NCBI GenBank assembly: GCA_000708835.1
Contig: DF237345.1
Span: 22,221-86,220 of the forward strand
DNA from: Klebsormidium nitens
Taxonomy: Eukaryota > Plantae > Klebsormidiophyceae
Direction: 5' to 3'
Length of the DNA stretch: 64,000 nucleotides
Both the position numbers and the translations under genes were made by a program. Within the stretch, counting starts at the first letter, position 1. Each line of letters opens with the position of its first letter. The notes beneath the pieces are model-generated. The model saw only the letters and a list, made by a program, of their open reading frames with translations. It was not told where the DNA came from and ran no database searches. Positions 35,381 to 48,505 of this stretch are shown here, piece by piece.

Positions 35381-37960
35381 TTTGTCAGTGGAGTCTGGAA
35401 TTGGTCGTAGAAGTGTTGTGGGGGGGCTTGGCTGCAACCTGCGCCTGGCAGCGGATGCGAAAGACGAGAGAGCTCTGTGGTCCTGTAAAAGGAATTTGCG
35501 TTCTGCTAGAGTACTTGAAGGGAAGGCCCCTTTTGTAGTCGCGAATTCGATCTGTTCAAGTCGTCTTGAAGAGCTCTGTGTGAAGATAATGCAGCTGCTG
35601 GGAACGATGCACAATGCAGTTCCGAACCTGATTAAGCCCGCTCATCAGTATTATCACAACAGTAGTATCACTTCACAGGATAGGTAGGTTTCCTGACTGA
35701 CACTGCTGCAAAAGCCTAGGGGTGTCAGAGAAAATGTCTTAATCGAATTAAATGGCTCCGTTTGCGGCACGTGCAAGCAAGTGCACTGAGGAATCTTGTC
35801 CTACCACGTTTCCATGTGATCTTGCATATGTACGTGCCTTCAAGACTGGCGCCGAATGTACTCTTCTCAAACGCCGTAGCCACATGTGGGCCTGACTCAG
35901 CCGCCTGACCGAATTCAGGTACCTACCATGATGCGACGCTGGTTTGCACCAGTTCTTTGCACCCCGGTTGCAGTTGTGAATCTGTGGCTACGAACAAGGA
36001 CGTACAGTACCTACCGGTAGGTCCTATAGCCGTTCAATGCCTAGTGCGAGGTTGTGGCTAAACCTGAAGAATTAATACCGGTAGGTCCTATCCTGACAGT
36101 GACCCGAAAGGACGATATTCGGCAGGCACGTCGAGACTCCGATCCGGTGTGAATCGGTATGCAAAAGGGACAAATGAGTCACAAAGCGAAGTCGAGCGGG
36201 CCTCGAGGCTCGGATGACTGAGATTAGAGATTCAGAAGAACTCTACCGGTAGAAGACTAAAGTCTAAAGTCAACGTGTGTCAGAGACTTGGCGAAAGGAT
36301 CACGCGTGCCATATGCGGCGCAGCGCGCTGCTGTCGTACGAGTGCGGAACTCGAGAAAGTTGGTACGGGCACAGTCGCCGCGAAACCGACCAAGTACTAC
36401 GGGCAGAATTTTCGAGGATCGAGTGTACGGGCGTAGTACGGCACCACCATAAGCTATGAGAGGATCGGGGACGACTGGTCAGTAGTAAGTACGGTGGCAC
36501 GCCGCAGAAGACTCGGTCGATCATAGCTAGTCGAAGTTTGATTCATTGACGAAGGCTCATTCAGGGCTGAGCATATACCATATGCGCATTACGTATGGAC
36601 TTCGTCTCGTCACTCCCAGCCCTCCTAATCTCCTAAGTGGGACTTTGAGGTCTGCCAGGTGGATCGGTCGGCCAGAATGTGATCCGTTGCGCACCAATAT
36701 ATATATAGGCTCCGCGCGCGGGCCGCCTTTCTCTCTTTCTATTCAATTAACGGGTCCGCAATCACGGACAAGACCCCTCGCGCCCCATTGGCTCCTCGGT
36801 GGGGGTCGTGACTCGTACCTCCATATTCCGTTTAACCTTCGAATTCGACGAGGACGATCGACGAAGGCAGAGACCGTTGTTTCCTTCAAAAAGTACCTGC
36901 TTCAAAGAAGCCCACTGTGCCGGTTGTTCTATAAAGCTCCAGATATATACGAGTCCGCCACATCGATCAGTGCAACTCCAAATTGGATGCCTCCAGAAAA
37001 CGAAGCTCCTCAAGGCATTCATATCAACGGTGGCTTGAAGGCAAGAATTTGACTATGGCGAAGAATCATGAGCTCACCCGGTATCCAGGCACCGAGATGC
37101 GCACCAGATTTGTTGACTCCTTGAAGGCGTGGGCACGCGCATGAGCGTCTGGGCCAGTGCCAACCAAAGAAGCGAAACTCAGACTTGATTGCGGCTTGTT
37201 CGTGACTCGAAGGGCGCTCAATTTGACGCACTGACGCAGATCACAGTTCGACTGCTCTTGCCACTCGTCGGTCGAAGTTGACTCACTGACCTACTTTTTT
37301 TCGAGAAGGACGCTACGCGCCTTTGCAGCAATCAGGAACGAGCAGAGCATATGTTCGACAATTCGGCCTAAAGATTCTCTCCCGGCCTTCAATCATCGGT
37401 TATCTACTTGTTTGCATTCTGGCACTGCTCGCAAGTCAGACAAAGCCGAGCGGAAAGGAGTAAAAGGTCTCCGTTTAACGAAACGATGAAGTCTGCGACG
37501 GGACTGCCACGTCACAAGTTCTCGTCACCTTGTTACTAATTGTCGTCCCGAGTGCCGTACTTTTCGATCAGTCGCTCTTGAAGGCTCCGACCTCTCTCTT
37601 GGCTCGACCTCCATGAGATGCCGGTTATCCATTGGACTGCCAGTTGACGTCAGCGACTGTAGTCAACCGCTTATCTTAGAAGGTAAAAAGCTTTTTCTTG
37701 AGGAGACAAAGCATGGGCGCTGCATGGAAACGTCTGACTTTTGACAAGCTCAGGACAAACGAATCTACTGAACCCTGTCGATACGTTTGAAGACCTCTAC
37801 CGCCCTATGAGTTTTGAAGGACCTCGCTTTGACGTTTCCGCCGGGGTAAAAGACGTTGGCAATGGCAACATACCAAATTCGCTCACCAGACTCGGACTAG
37901 TACTAGTAGTGCCAAGAGCCTTAGCGGCGCTTTTGGACCCCGCCTTACGTCAAACCGGAA

Positions 37961-39139
37961 TTAGGAATAGTCTTGGCTCCAAAAAAGGCACCAGCAAGCT
38001 CGGTGCGTATACTCGATGATGACCTTTCGCGCGCCAGCTGGCTTTGACGTTTTTTTCGAAAGTTTGTACCGTCGCCGATGAAGGGACATTCTGACGACGG
38101 CCGCATAACATTGACAGACAGATGCAAGCGCACGGATGCCCGTACTGGGCAGCACTAGCGCATGCTCGTTATCAGTGTCCTTTAATCAGCTGGGGAATGC
38201 GGGGCTCATCTCCTGACCGAGAAACTTAGTAAGCGGAATCTCACGGCCGCCGCTGGTGACGGCCTTCTGCAAATGGGTCTGATATTGCTGTAATGCGGGT
38301 GACATTCTGAGGTCGGAAAGCAAAGGCAGGAGGTATGAAAACGATGTCACACGCAAGAATTCGAAGGCACGCAGCCACACTTTCAAGGCGTGTCGTGATC
38401 CTGTCAGGCTAAGGTTCTTGAATTAGTGGCCGAACTTACGCACGTTGATACAAAGCAAGACACGAGGATTGAAACAAGGGGGAACGCAATCAACGGGACG
38501 AAAGCGCGTCGGTAGGTGGCTGTTGATTCGAGCAGCCAGCAACGGTTGATGAAACGAACCGGCTCGAAAACTCGCAGGAACCAGAAAAAGGCGACCTTTT
38601 GGATAGCCGTGTGATTTAGTCTTCATGAAAGGCGACTTCACGCTCAGAAACGCTCGCTCAAGGAGACAAGTGCACAGCTTTTCATGTTCGCATCTGAGGA
38701 ATTCCCGCTGCCTGAGTGGACTCCTCTGAAAATTTTGTCCCTCCTGAGTCATCTCCGAAAGGCTACAAACAAGCAGTACACGAGACTCTATAACCAAACA
38801 GTACACGAAAGAGGACCATACTAGCATCCAGCTTACCTTGAAGATTTGGACAGATTGGATGAGATTGCTCGTGAACGGTTTGTCTCACCGTTCTTGTCAT
38901 CTTAACAATCTCTTGAACGCGATCTTGGAGTTGTCCTTAGTCGTTCTGGTGGGCAACATAAGCTCCGCCGCGAATCCGAAACAGCCGGGGAACAGCGGCG
39001 GGTCGGGCCCCTCGGCTGCATGGTTGCGGCGTCTCTGTGTCGCGCTTTGAAAGATGGTTCTCCAATCTTCTGGATAAGCAGCGGGGGAGTATGAGGATGG
39101 GGACTCCAAACGAAGACAAGCATCCAGCAAAAACTTCAA
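37961..39139 (-). pseudogene. Stop-interrupted relic reading frame of unknown family (possible decayed transposon or viral gene)
   Basis: Four ORF-track entries (39139-38897, 38827-38423, 38386-38186, 38155-37961) share one frame. Together they give ~390 codons broken by only a few TGA/TAA stops, with no GC-rich exon or splice signature. No family motif was recognised. Confidence 0.35.
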
Positions 39140-40629
39140 AATTGCATACCGAATGTGTAAAGGTTTTCAAGATCTTGTTACATTGAGAACGGCCGACCGG
39201 ATCCAAGACAGCTCAAGCCCCGCTCTCGATCTCAGTGTCCACTTCTGCAACTGTTGAGTACATTTGATAGCTTACTGACGGATTGGATTAACTCGAGGCT
39301 TCAATCAGAAGGAAAATCTGGGTCAAGTTTTGACTCTCATAAGGTCTCCTGAATCGCTTGAAGTACCAGCAAGATGAAGACAACGTCCGTTCTGCATGGT
39401 AAGGGCAGACGAAGCACCGCGGCGGGGCAAGCGCTATGCATCTCGCTAGGAGCGAGCCTCGAGATTGTGGGCGCAACAGATAGAGGTGGTGACGTTCAGT
39501 ACTTCTCCTCATCTCCTCAGAGCACTTGTAACATGAGTAATACAAGATGGCTAATACCGCTGGAGTCAGCTACGAGTCAGCTAGGAGCAACGCCTATCTA
39601 TAATATTTTAACATCTACGACTCACAGGCAACAGCTTACGCTCAAGAGGTTGGCAGACTAATGTAGTTCCTTTACACTAAACCACCAAAGCAGTTGCTTA
39701 GATATAGCACTATCATCCTTTCCAGCCCTTTCAAAACTGCGATGTTGTCAGCTCATCTCACCTCACCATGACGTCCTGCTGAGATCATCACAAGGTGGGG
39801 TCAAACTGCGGACTCCAACTTCAGTACAGCCGCCAGCCCTGTACTGCCACCCCAGCTGGCAGTACTGTCATATACAGAGAGCAGGTCGGATCTAGAGAGA
39901 GCTGACAGGACACAAAGACAGCAGCGTGTGTAGCATATTCTAGACATTGGAGCCCATCTTGCAACCAGATTCCCCTTGAAGGTGTTATCAAGAAAGGCTG
40001 GGCCGGGCCCGGACACTCTTCCGGCCGGTCATCTTTGTTTTGATGGGTCTCACTGGCAGGAAGGGAAATTTTCTGAGCTGAGCGAGGAAGGTGGCGCCAA
40101 GGTAGCTCTAAGGAGAAGCCTGGCCACCACGGAGGGATGCAATGCTGACGTGACCTGCAACTGGCAATTGTCGGCATCTGAAGCTGCTTTAGGAAGCCAA
40201 CAGAGCTGAGGGGACATGCATGGAAAATCCTGCAGCTACAAGAGCTGACTTGGTGCTGCGACATTTCTCCTTGCTGTTCCATGATTGACAGCGTATTTGA
40301 GCAGGGGTTGCCACGTTTTAGCAAGTTCGACACACGGGTTATGCAAAGAATTTGGGTTAGTTGAAACTGATTCATCGTAGGAAAAGAAAACCGGTCATTC
40401 TGGGCCACTTCATTAGTGGCGTGACTCGCCCGGGGTATGTCCTGGAGCCCCGCTCGGTAGACGGTTTGTATACCAACTCCGTCCGCTCAGTCTCCCTCCA
40501 GCGCACTCCCCCGCACTTCGTGGCCGCAGCTCAGGTTCAGAAGTCAAGCAGTTGAACTGGTGGTAGATCCTCATATTCTAGGGTTCAAGGGGACCACAAG
40601 AGGCAGCTGTGGCGCAGGATCTCTCGAGC

Positions 40630-43600
40630 ATGGCGCCACAGAAGGACTACTTGGTTGAGGTGGTCTTCACCCTCCCAGGAGAAGCCCAGCTCATCCGCAT
40701 CTCCGGGAAGGACCGCACCCCCATCGCCTCCGGCCTCTTCAGCATCGTCCGCTTCGTCCCCTTCCCTGCACCCCCGAACGGCGCCGCCCTCTACTGCGCA
40801 GAAGTGCACACAACCAGGGTTTACTTCTCGCAGACCCCGGGATCTTGTGTGCACACCTCTCCCAGACACTATGCTTTCGCTGACAACGAAAACTGGTTAG
40901 GGCTGAGCCTGCCGGAGGGAATTGGTGTCAAGGAGATTAAGCATTTAGAAGAGTTGCTGGCTGAGCATGCAGGCTTGGAAAATGTAGGCGCTGGGAGGCC
41001 GCCGGGGTCGCCATCGGGGGGCGTTCGCACTGGGGAGGTGGGGGAGGGGCAGGTGGTGCGAATAGGCCCCACCGGGCAGCTGAGCTTTGAGACGTTGTCG
41101 GCTGCTGCAAGCCCCTACGTGAAAGAGCTTCAGAAGCAGGTGAGTAAACCAGGATCTGCTTTAGAACTTTGCATGCACTGGCATGTTTCAAACAAACCAC
41201 TTTGATAGCTAAGTGTTTGAAACTGCCCTCCACTCAACAACAATTCACATAAGCCTGTCCCAGATTTAGGGAGTCGATGCAAGGGTGGCCGGGAACTTCA
41301 AAGGTTCTGGGGCCTGTCTAGAAAGCCCTCCACTGCCTTACCACCGCTGCTCACATTCTGCGCTGCAATCAATCTAGGCCCCTTGTCCTGGTCTGTCTTC
41401 ATTGCCCTGATCAGAGTTGGTTATCAAGTCTGCGAGTTGCATGCGGGAACCTGGCAACCTTCCGTCATGTTTCAAAGCTCGCTGTCATTGCAGCGCCGGA
41501 AGCGGAGACAAATATATTTTAGTGACTTTTGGATTTTTTTTGTGCGCCCAAGGCAACGCTACTCCAGAAAGACATTCCGCTTCCTGCTGAAGTCTTACCA
41601 CCTTATGCCAGTCACACCTACTGTTAGAGAGTAGCCACTGCTTAGAAGTTCTAATCTTGCAGATCTTGAGCCTGTTTTGCCCTCTGCCCATAGGCTATCG
41701 TCCTGGCAGCTGTCGCTGGCCCTCACGTTGAGCGAGCGGCCCCACACGTTGCCCAGGGGATTGAGAAAGGGTCCGATGTGTTGGCGCAAGCGATTATCTA
41801 TGGAGCTGAGAAGTGCAGCTCGGGACTCGCTGCTGGGGGGGAGTTTGTCAGCCAAAAGGTGGCCCCCGCCGAGAAACCCGCGGAGGTAACGGAGGAGGAT
41901 CGGCTCAAAGCGCAGCGGATCCGGCAAGTGACGGGGGTTGCGGCCAAAGGTGAGATGGTCTTGGCTTGTCGATCTGGCTCTTGCCTGGTTCGAAAAGTTT
42001 GAGCATCAATTCTTGACCTGGGATGTCAAGTTGTAGTTATGCACATCACATATTGTCCTGATTCCAACATAAAGCGATTAGATTGACCTCCTCATAGAGT
42101 TGTAGGTGACTTGGAGAAAGGGGAATCGCTTCCGAGCATCCCTTGTGTATCTCACCAGACTGCGCCTGTCTAGGGGGACCAAACTCAACAGCGATTCAAA
42201 CCAACGCGTTGAGACATGTAAAGGTGCACATCGCCCAGAATGCGGAAGGCCACAATTCTCGGCAAGTTTTTCGCCCGCTTTCAATCCTCGGCAAATATTG
42301 GCAGTGTCAAAAGCGTTCGCTAGTGCCCCACTCAAGTTCCAACCTTTGCAGTACCTACGGGCATTTCCAGTACACCTCAACAGCAGACTTGCGAAATGGA
42401 CACTGATCTGCCAACCGGCATGAAGTGACTGTATCTTAATCACAAACCAACCACCCCCGCAGTTTCCAAGGGCGTCGCAGATGGGGTCGTGGCCTTCGCT
42501 ACGAGTGTCGCGGGCGCTGTCTCAGGGGCGGTGGGGTCAACCGAAACCGGAAAGCGGGTCAAGGAGTCGAAGTCGGGCCTGAAAGATGTCGCAGCAGCGT
42601 CGCTCGGAGCGTTCGGAAAAGTATATGTTGCGCTCGAAACTGGGACCAAGCGCGTTTTTCAGGAGGCGGGTGTGGTCACTACGGGATATGTGCGACATAG
42701 GTGAGCGTACTTTCATGCACATATCGGGTTGCGGAAACGAAGTTTGGGCACTTGTTTTTCTACATTTACATGGGTTCGTCCAGGTGATGAAAGAATGCTC
42801 GTTTGATTCTGTTTGGACCCTCTTCTAATTCTGCTATCTCCGTCACTGGGCTTTGGGCTTTCATCTGAAATTCAGCAGCTATCCACGTTTCCCTTGCCCT
42901 TATGTGTTTTTCCTCTCAACTGCTCGGACGCCCCAAGCAAATGCGGTTCTCCTAACGAGGAGGGAATTCGTAAGTATTCACCATTTTCAGCGCCTAACCC
43001 GTTCTGGTTAGCGTAATCATTCGCCCGATGACACCTCGCCATACAGAGACGGCACTTGATTCTGATCGACGCAGTCAACAGTGGACAACAAGAACCCAGT
43101 GCTGGGACGGGTAGGCTAATATAGGGGATTAGGGTGGGTGCCAAGGTGCCTGCGTAATCTTCCGCGTACTTTTTTTCGAGGTCGAGCCTTCTTGATACTG
43201 AGCTTATTTCACTGGATAAAGGAGTACATATCGTTGCAGACATGGGCACGAGGCCGGTGCTCTGGCGGCGGAGTATGTGGAGGTCGCCGGCAACGTGGCC
43301 GCCAGCGGTTACGCCCTTAACCAGGTCGGGGTCAGGACAGTTGTCGAAACCACGGCTCATGTCACAGGTGAGCGCTAACGCTCTTAACCAGCTTCGTCGG
43401 AGTCAGGATGGCCCGTTATGTTGCGGCGAGCTTGCAACGAGCGTTTCTGACTCCGACTAGTTTTAATCTTGGTTTGGTTGTCGAAGCGACTGCCGATGCT
43501 GCAAGTCGGTGCCTCTGTTTTCACAAGGTCGGCTTCAGAAGGCTTGCACAAACGACGGGCAAGGTAATGATCAATCCGTGCAAATGCTTGTTACGGTCGG

Positions 43601-44341
43601 ATGCGGCCAGGATTACATCCCAATGGGGAGCAGGCGTTGTGCGGCTGGTTGGCTGGATATTTTCGACGACGGTGCAGAAATCCCAGCGACTCGCCTTTTT
43701 TGGTCATACCCCGATGGCGGGCACCTTTGAAGATTACAGCGATAATACACGTTCGAGACATTGTCGTCACATCCATCAGCGTTGACGAAATGCCGGATTA
43801 TGAAGCTTTTGAGACCTGGCTCTTGTCAGGCTCCTCGTTGTCGTCAGACAAGGTTCTTGTAAGCTCTTCGGTGGCACTGAGACGAGGCCGGCCGCTGTTG
43901 TCGTATAAGATAAGGGGTTACCCGTTCAGCTGCAAGCAGAAGCTCTGGACGAGCTCGTAGCAAACTTCCGCCAATGCTGCCCTTTTTCCATCTGAGTCGC
44001 AATCTAAAGAGAACCGACCCCGACCCTGAAGCAATCTGGATACAGACGTCCCTAGTCCAAATTCGGTCTGAAAGTGCGTTCGGATTCACTTTTTCGGTCA
44101 GCTCGTGCATTCGCTAGGGGAACTTGGTAACAACCTTCTGAAAGATCGATAAGGCGGAATCGTTGTTGTGCTTGTACACTTTCTTTTGTCGTTCTTGGCT
44201 GTCTGGACTGGATGAGTGACTTTTTATTTTCTTGCAGTGACGGACCTCACTCGGCAGGCGCCAGAGAGGGTCGGACGCATCGAGGGCCCTGCCCAAAACG
44301 GGCAAGCGAGGGGAGACGCACGAAACAGGTTAGGAAACTAG
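40630..44341 (+). CDS. Senescence/spartin-associated domain protein (ERD7-like)
   Basis: Exons ~40630-41139, 41694-41949, 42463-42699, ~43230-43367, 44239-44341. Senescence-domain signatures: VAQGIEKGSDVLAQAIIYGAEKCSSGLAAGGEFVSQKVAP, RIRQVTGVAAKVSKGVADGV, AASLGAFGKVYVALETGTKRVF and TTGYVRHRYGHEAG. Confidence 0.8.
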
Positions 44342-45546
44342 GTCACAATTTGTTCTTAAATACATCGGCGCAGTCAAGCAAAGTGAAATCGGTATTTATG
44401 CTACAGAATCCAATACTGACCATTCCAAACAACAGAATTGAGAGCTACTTTAAGCAAATGCTATAACTCGATTAGCCATTAGTATCCATGTAAAAGTCTG
44501 TCAAGCTCGAGGATGCATGCAGCAACATACACGGTCACAATTTGCGTTCAAACCAGGGCCGCATTTGATCGTCATTAATCATCCTGGATAGGTGACCTAA
44601 GCGCTTTGAAACGTACTTTCCGGTCCGCGTGTTGAGAAACAGATGACTGAGATTGGCCGATCGGCCGATCGGCCGAGTAGCTGCACGACTGTACATAGCA
44701 CACACATATCGGTTGCAAGCAGTCGGACGAATAAATGCCATCCTCCATGTGCTCTTGCCTCTCGATCCATGAGATCGGTCGGATAAGCGATGCTATAGCG
44801 GACTCGCCTTTGAATGAGGCTCATTCAAAGATCTTCTTGAAGAGCTTTCGATCACCAGCAACCCTCAGTCACTAGTTCGCACGTGCGGGCTGCCCAATGA
44901 GCCACGTAGTGTGTCTATCATGGTGGCTCTCGATTGTTCCATGGGGCAGACACCGCCAGCTAGAATTTTAGTAAGTTGTACCAATGTGTGCCAGGAGCCT
45001 CGCTATATAAACAAGTCTTGCAAGGGAACGGCTGCATGATGCGTGCATCCGACAATCCATGGAGCGGGCACATGGGCTAGTTAGTGTTTAAGTGGCTTGT
45101 ATCATGCATGTCAAAGATCGAAGAATATTGAACGGAGCTCGAATTGTTGTCCAAAAGCCAATCTATTTCCGGAGTGTGCAGCTCGCCGTTTGAATTAGTG
45201 ACAGGCTGGGTTTAGGACGCAAAATTACCAGCGGGATACCTCTGCAGTGCAGATGCTAGTACGATTGGGCATGCATGATTCATGCCAGATCGAGACTCTG
45301 AAGTTGTTACAGACATAGGTCCAACCGCGCGCGTTTTCATTTCCCTACGTACTCCACCAGATTTGCATCACATACCAGCTCCAATGCAAATTCCCAACTC
45401 CGCCTCTTGCTGCAGACTGAGCACGTCCCCTCTCTCCTTTCTTCCAGAAGTTATTAGCGTTCTTTACGGCCTGATCTGAATACGCTCCTCACTGCCGTAC
45501 CTCTTACCAAAGCCAAATCCTTTTCCTGGGCATGTAATCGTCAACC

Positions 45547-47572
45547 TTAAGGCGTATCCTGGCTTTGGCCCCCGACCTGCGTCGGCGCATGCTCCGGCTC
45601 GCCCTCCCCCATTCCCGACGCCTCTCTGTGGCCACGTAGCGCAGGGTCCTCGTGCATGGGCGGGAACTCCTTGTTGGGGGATCCCTCTCCGCTGAACCGG
45701 TCGCCCGCTCGGGGGTCGTTTTGCCCGATGGGCGCCCCCCACTTGGTCTGCTCCCCGAGGCCCTCGCCGCCGCCGCGCCGCTCGCCCAGCTTGTCCACGC
45801 TGCGAAGTGAACGTAAATGGAGGTTGAGAATTAGTATTTGCAGAAGTCAAGCACGCTGCAATCCGGGATGGACGAAGTCCGAATTCGGCTCCGCAAAGAT
45901 TGGGTCATGAGTGGTAAGCCGTTTGCGACTGAGCCGAAGCCGCGAAGTCAGTGGCAGGGGATAAGAAAGTGGGATATTTCGAAAGCCTTCAAAAAATTTC
46001 GAAGTTGCTGAAGGTAACATTGAAGGATAGGCTTCACATACGGATGTTGATTGACGGTTTTCTTACTCGTTGAGGAGCTGCTCAAAATGCTTTCTACAAA
46101 GCCTGACGAACATGAGTAGGCCAAATGAATTGTCTAGTCGATCGATTCTCGATTCCTTGAAAGTCGGTGCTCAGACGGGAAAGAATCACAGCACAAAGAA
46201 AAGGATTGCGTCGAAGAGTGCAAGCAAGCAGATCTGGAGAGACCCTTGTCGACTGCCACCCTAATACGACGGGTAAGAGCAGCCGCAAACCATTAGTGAA
46301 CAAGGAAACGGCAACCTCTCTCAAGTGACGGCCTCGGCCTTCGAATGTCCACCACTACTTGCAGGTTTCTCTAACACTCAAGCGTTCTAAGCAAATGTGG
46401 GACGAAGCTGACGAGCACGATTCCCTGAGAGGACTCAGCACAAGCCAATTCTCGACGGCCTTTAAGGCACATGCGTTTCAGGATAAAACGGCTTGCATCC
46501 ATCCGGTAGCTTCCTCTGGTCCATATCACGGGCAATCTCGACATCCACAACAAACCCCGCAGTCAAACCACACTGTGTGTCCCACCCGCATCGGGCCCCA
46601 ACCCGCCACCCAAATCAGGTCCCAAAGCCGCACGCAAACCGGCTCCCGAACTCAAACCGGCTCCCAAACTCAAACGCAACGCACAGCCAATCCCACACCT
46701 CAACCGGGCCCTAACCCGTGCCAAAACTCCTAACAATATCCTCACCTTTCGTGGAGCTGCTCCTCGTTCAGCTCCCGGCCCGGCCGTTCCGGAGCACCGC
46801 CGTCCCCTTGGGGAGGCTGCTGCACCCACTCGCCGCCGTCCTGTTGCCGTGCCACGTCAGCAGCCTTGAGCTCCTTGATTGCACGCAGGTCCAGACTGCC
46901 CGGGTCGAACATCCCTGGGCGGGAGGTGATCTCCGGGATAGTCGTGCCGAGGGCCTCGGGGCGGAGGTTGTCCTGTCGGGGGACGGAGAGGGTTAGTTAA
47001 GGGTAGAGAAGGTTAGTTAATCAGTGGAAGACAAAGAGAATGGACGCTACGAGATGAAATCTTTGCCGTCAAAGCTTGATCGTCAAGCCCGAGGACGTGG
47101 CCAAAAATCAGCGACGGACAATTTTCTCATGACAATCGCTGCAGATTGCGTTGTTTTTTCTAATCTGGAAAGTAACAGAAACGCTTTGCCGACAAACGGG
47201 TATGACGATGGAAGATCCAAGAACCTCAGGATAAACAACGATACAGGTACCTTGACTCCGCCAGTATTAATTGATGCCGACGAAAGATCCAAGAACTTCG
47301 GGATAGACAACGCAACAGGTATTTCGTCTCCGCCAGTATAATCGGCGTCAAACAAAGAGCAATGCCAATATTTGTCCGATGGCAATTTTCGTCACTTGCC
47401 ACGATTGGTGGGCATCAGGACCTTGGAAGACAAGCATTTCTCATCACCCAATATAAGTTTCTTTCCAATGGCTCCTCACCTGTGGGAGCGTCTCGGCTCG
47501 TGTCTTGTCCCCAAGGCCAGGCTCGCGGGGCATCCAGTTGGCCTTCTCCTGTTTCTCTGCCTGGCTGGCCAT
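45547..47572 (-). CDS. Small hydrophilic, probably disordered protein (190 aa; LEA/stress-protein-like composition)
   Basis: Exons 47572-47480, 46972-46746, 45799-45547 have strong gtgagg donors and YAG acceptors and join in phase (573 nt): MASQAEKQEKANWMPREPGLGDKTRAETLPQ-DNLRPEALGTTIPEITSRPGMFDPG...QSQDTP. Rich in G/E/P/Q/R, with no Cys and no hydrophobic segment. Confidence 0.7.
47205..47345. repeat. Two diverged tandem copies of a ~69-bp unit in an intron
   Basis: gatggaagatccaagaacctcaggataaacaac...ctccgccagtatta is followed by gacgaaagatccaagaacttcgggatagacaac...ctccgccagtataa. Confidence 0.7.
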
Positions 47573-48071
47573 GTTCTCTTTCTCGTTCTCCTGCGCTCGG
47601 GACAGCCCAAGCTCTGACACATGCTGTGCGTGCGACTTAACTTCCTGTTGCAGGAGGTTGAAAAGCTTCGGAAAAATGGAATTGTGGAGGTTGGCAACGG
47701 CAATTGTTGAGATGATTTTGTGGACGGATAGATTTGGAGAGTGTCTAATAAGCTCCGCATGGAAGTGTCCGTTGTGTGATGCAAATAGTGACAAAATGAA
47801 TAACCAGGACGATACCCGAAGTTGCTTCTGAGGGACTACAGTACCTATGAATGTTGGGCACCTTGTCCAACATACTTAGATCACAACAGTTGACAGCATG
47901 AGGAGATCAAAAGGTTCATGAATGTGAGTCGGCATCATGTACCACTTCAAACAGCTTTGACAATAGAAAAAAACCTGATGCATTCCGAGAAATGCACACC
48001 CAAAGCTTGATCTCTAAGACGCGAGGTTTGTTTTGTCGCTTATGTGTTGAAAGGCTGGACAAAGCGCAATC

Positions 48072-48505
48072 TTACAAAAGCGGGCTGGTGCTGGATGTAG
48101 GCTCAAACAAAACTTCCTCAAACGTAGCCGTCCGAAAGTCACAAACCTTCTCATCTATCAGTATTTTAGAATTAGAGTCCCAAAGCTCAACAAAGCCCGG
48201 ACGGGATTTTTTTCTTTGAAATTGATGACTACGTCTGTGATCTCTAAAGAAGATGGGCAGAAGATCGTACCACGGGATGACGCACATATTTGATTCTGTG
48301 AAACTGTCTTCATCTGTGTCAACTTTGAGGATAATGTGATCATAGATGAGAGCAGGCTTTGTTGGAGCAGCAGAAAGCATGGATCTTACGAGTTTCTCAT
48401 AAAGGGAGCAACACTGTATTTTATGGAGGCCTATTATGGGTGCTGTAACTTTGTACTTGTAGCTTATGACTTCAACATGATCAAATGCTGATTTCACTGA
48501 TATGT
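48072..48505 (-). other. Isolated AT-rich 141-aa open frame after a ttgcag acceptor; hypothetical exon or relic
   Basis: ORF 48497-48072 extends to an attgcag acceptor-like site near 48519-48524. No partner exons or recognisable domain were found. Confidence 0.2.

Noticed and set aside
43400-44230. Several short ORFs in the last intron of the senescence-domain gene
   Set aside because: No consistent frame, motif or splice-site pairing was found.
46560-46720. Short tandem motif aaaccggctccc(g/a)aactc and C/A-rich tract
   Set aside because: Ordinary low-complexity intron sequence with only two copies.
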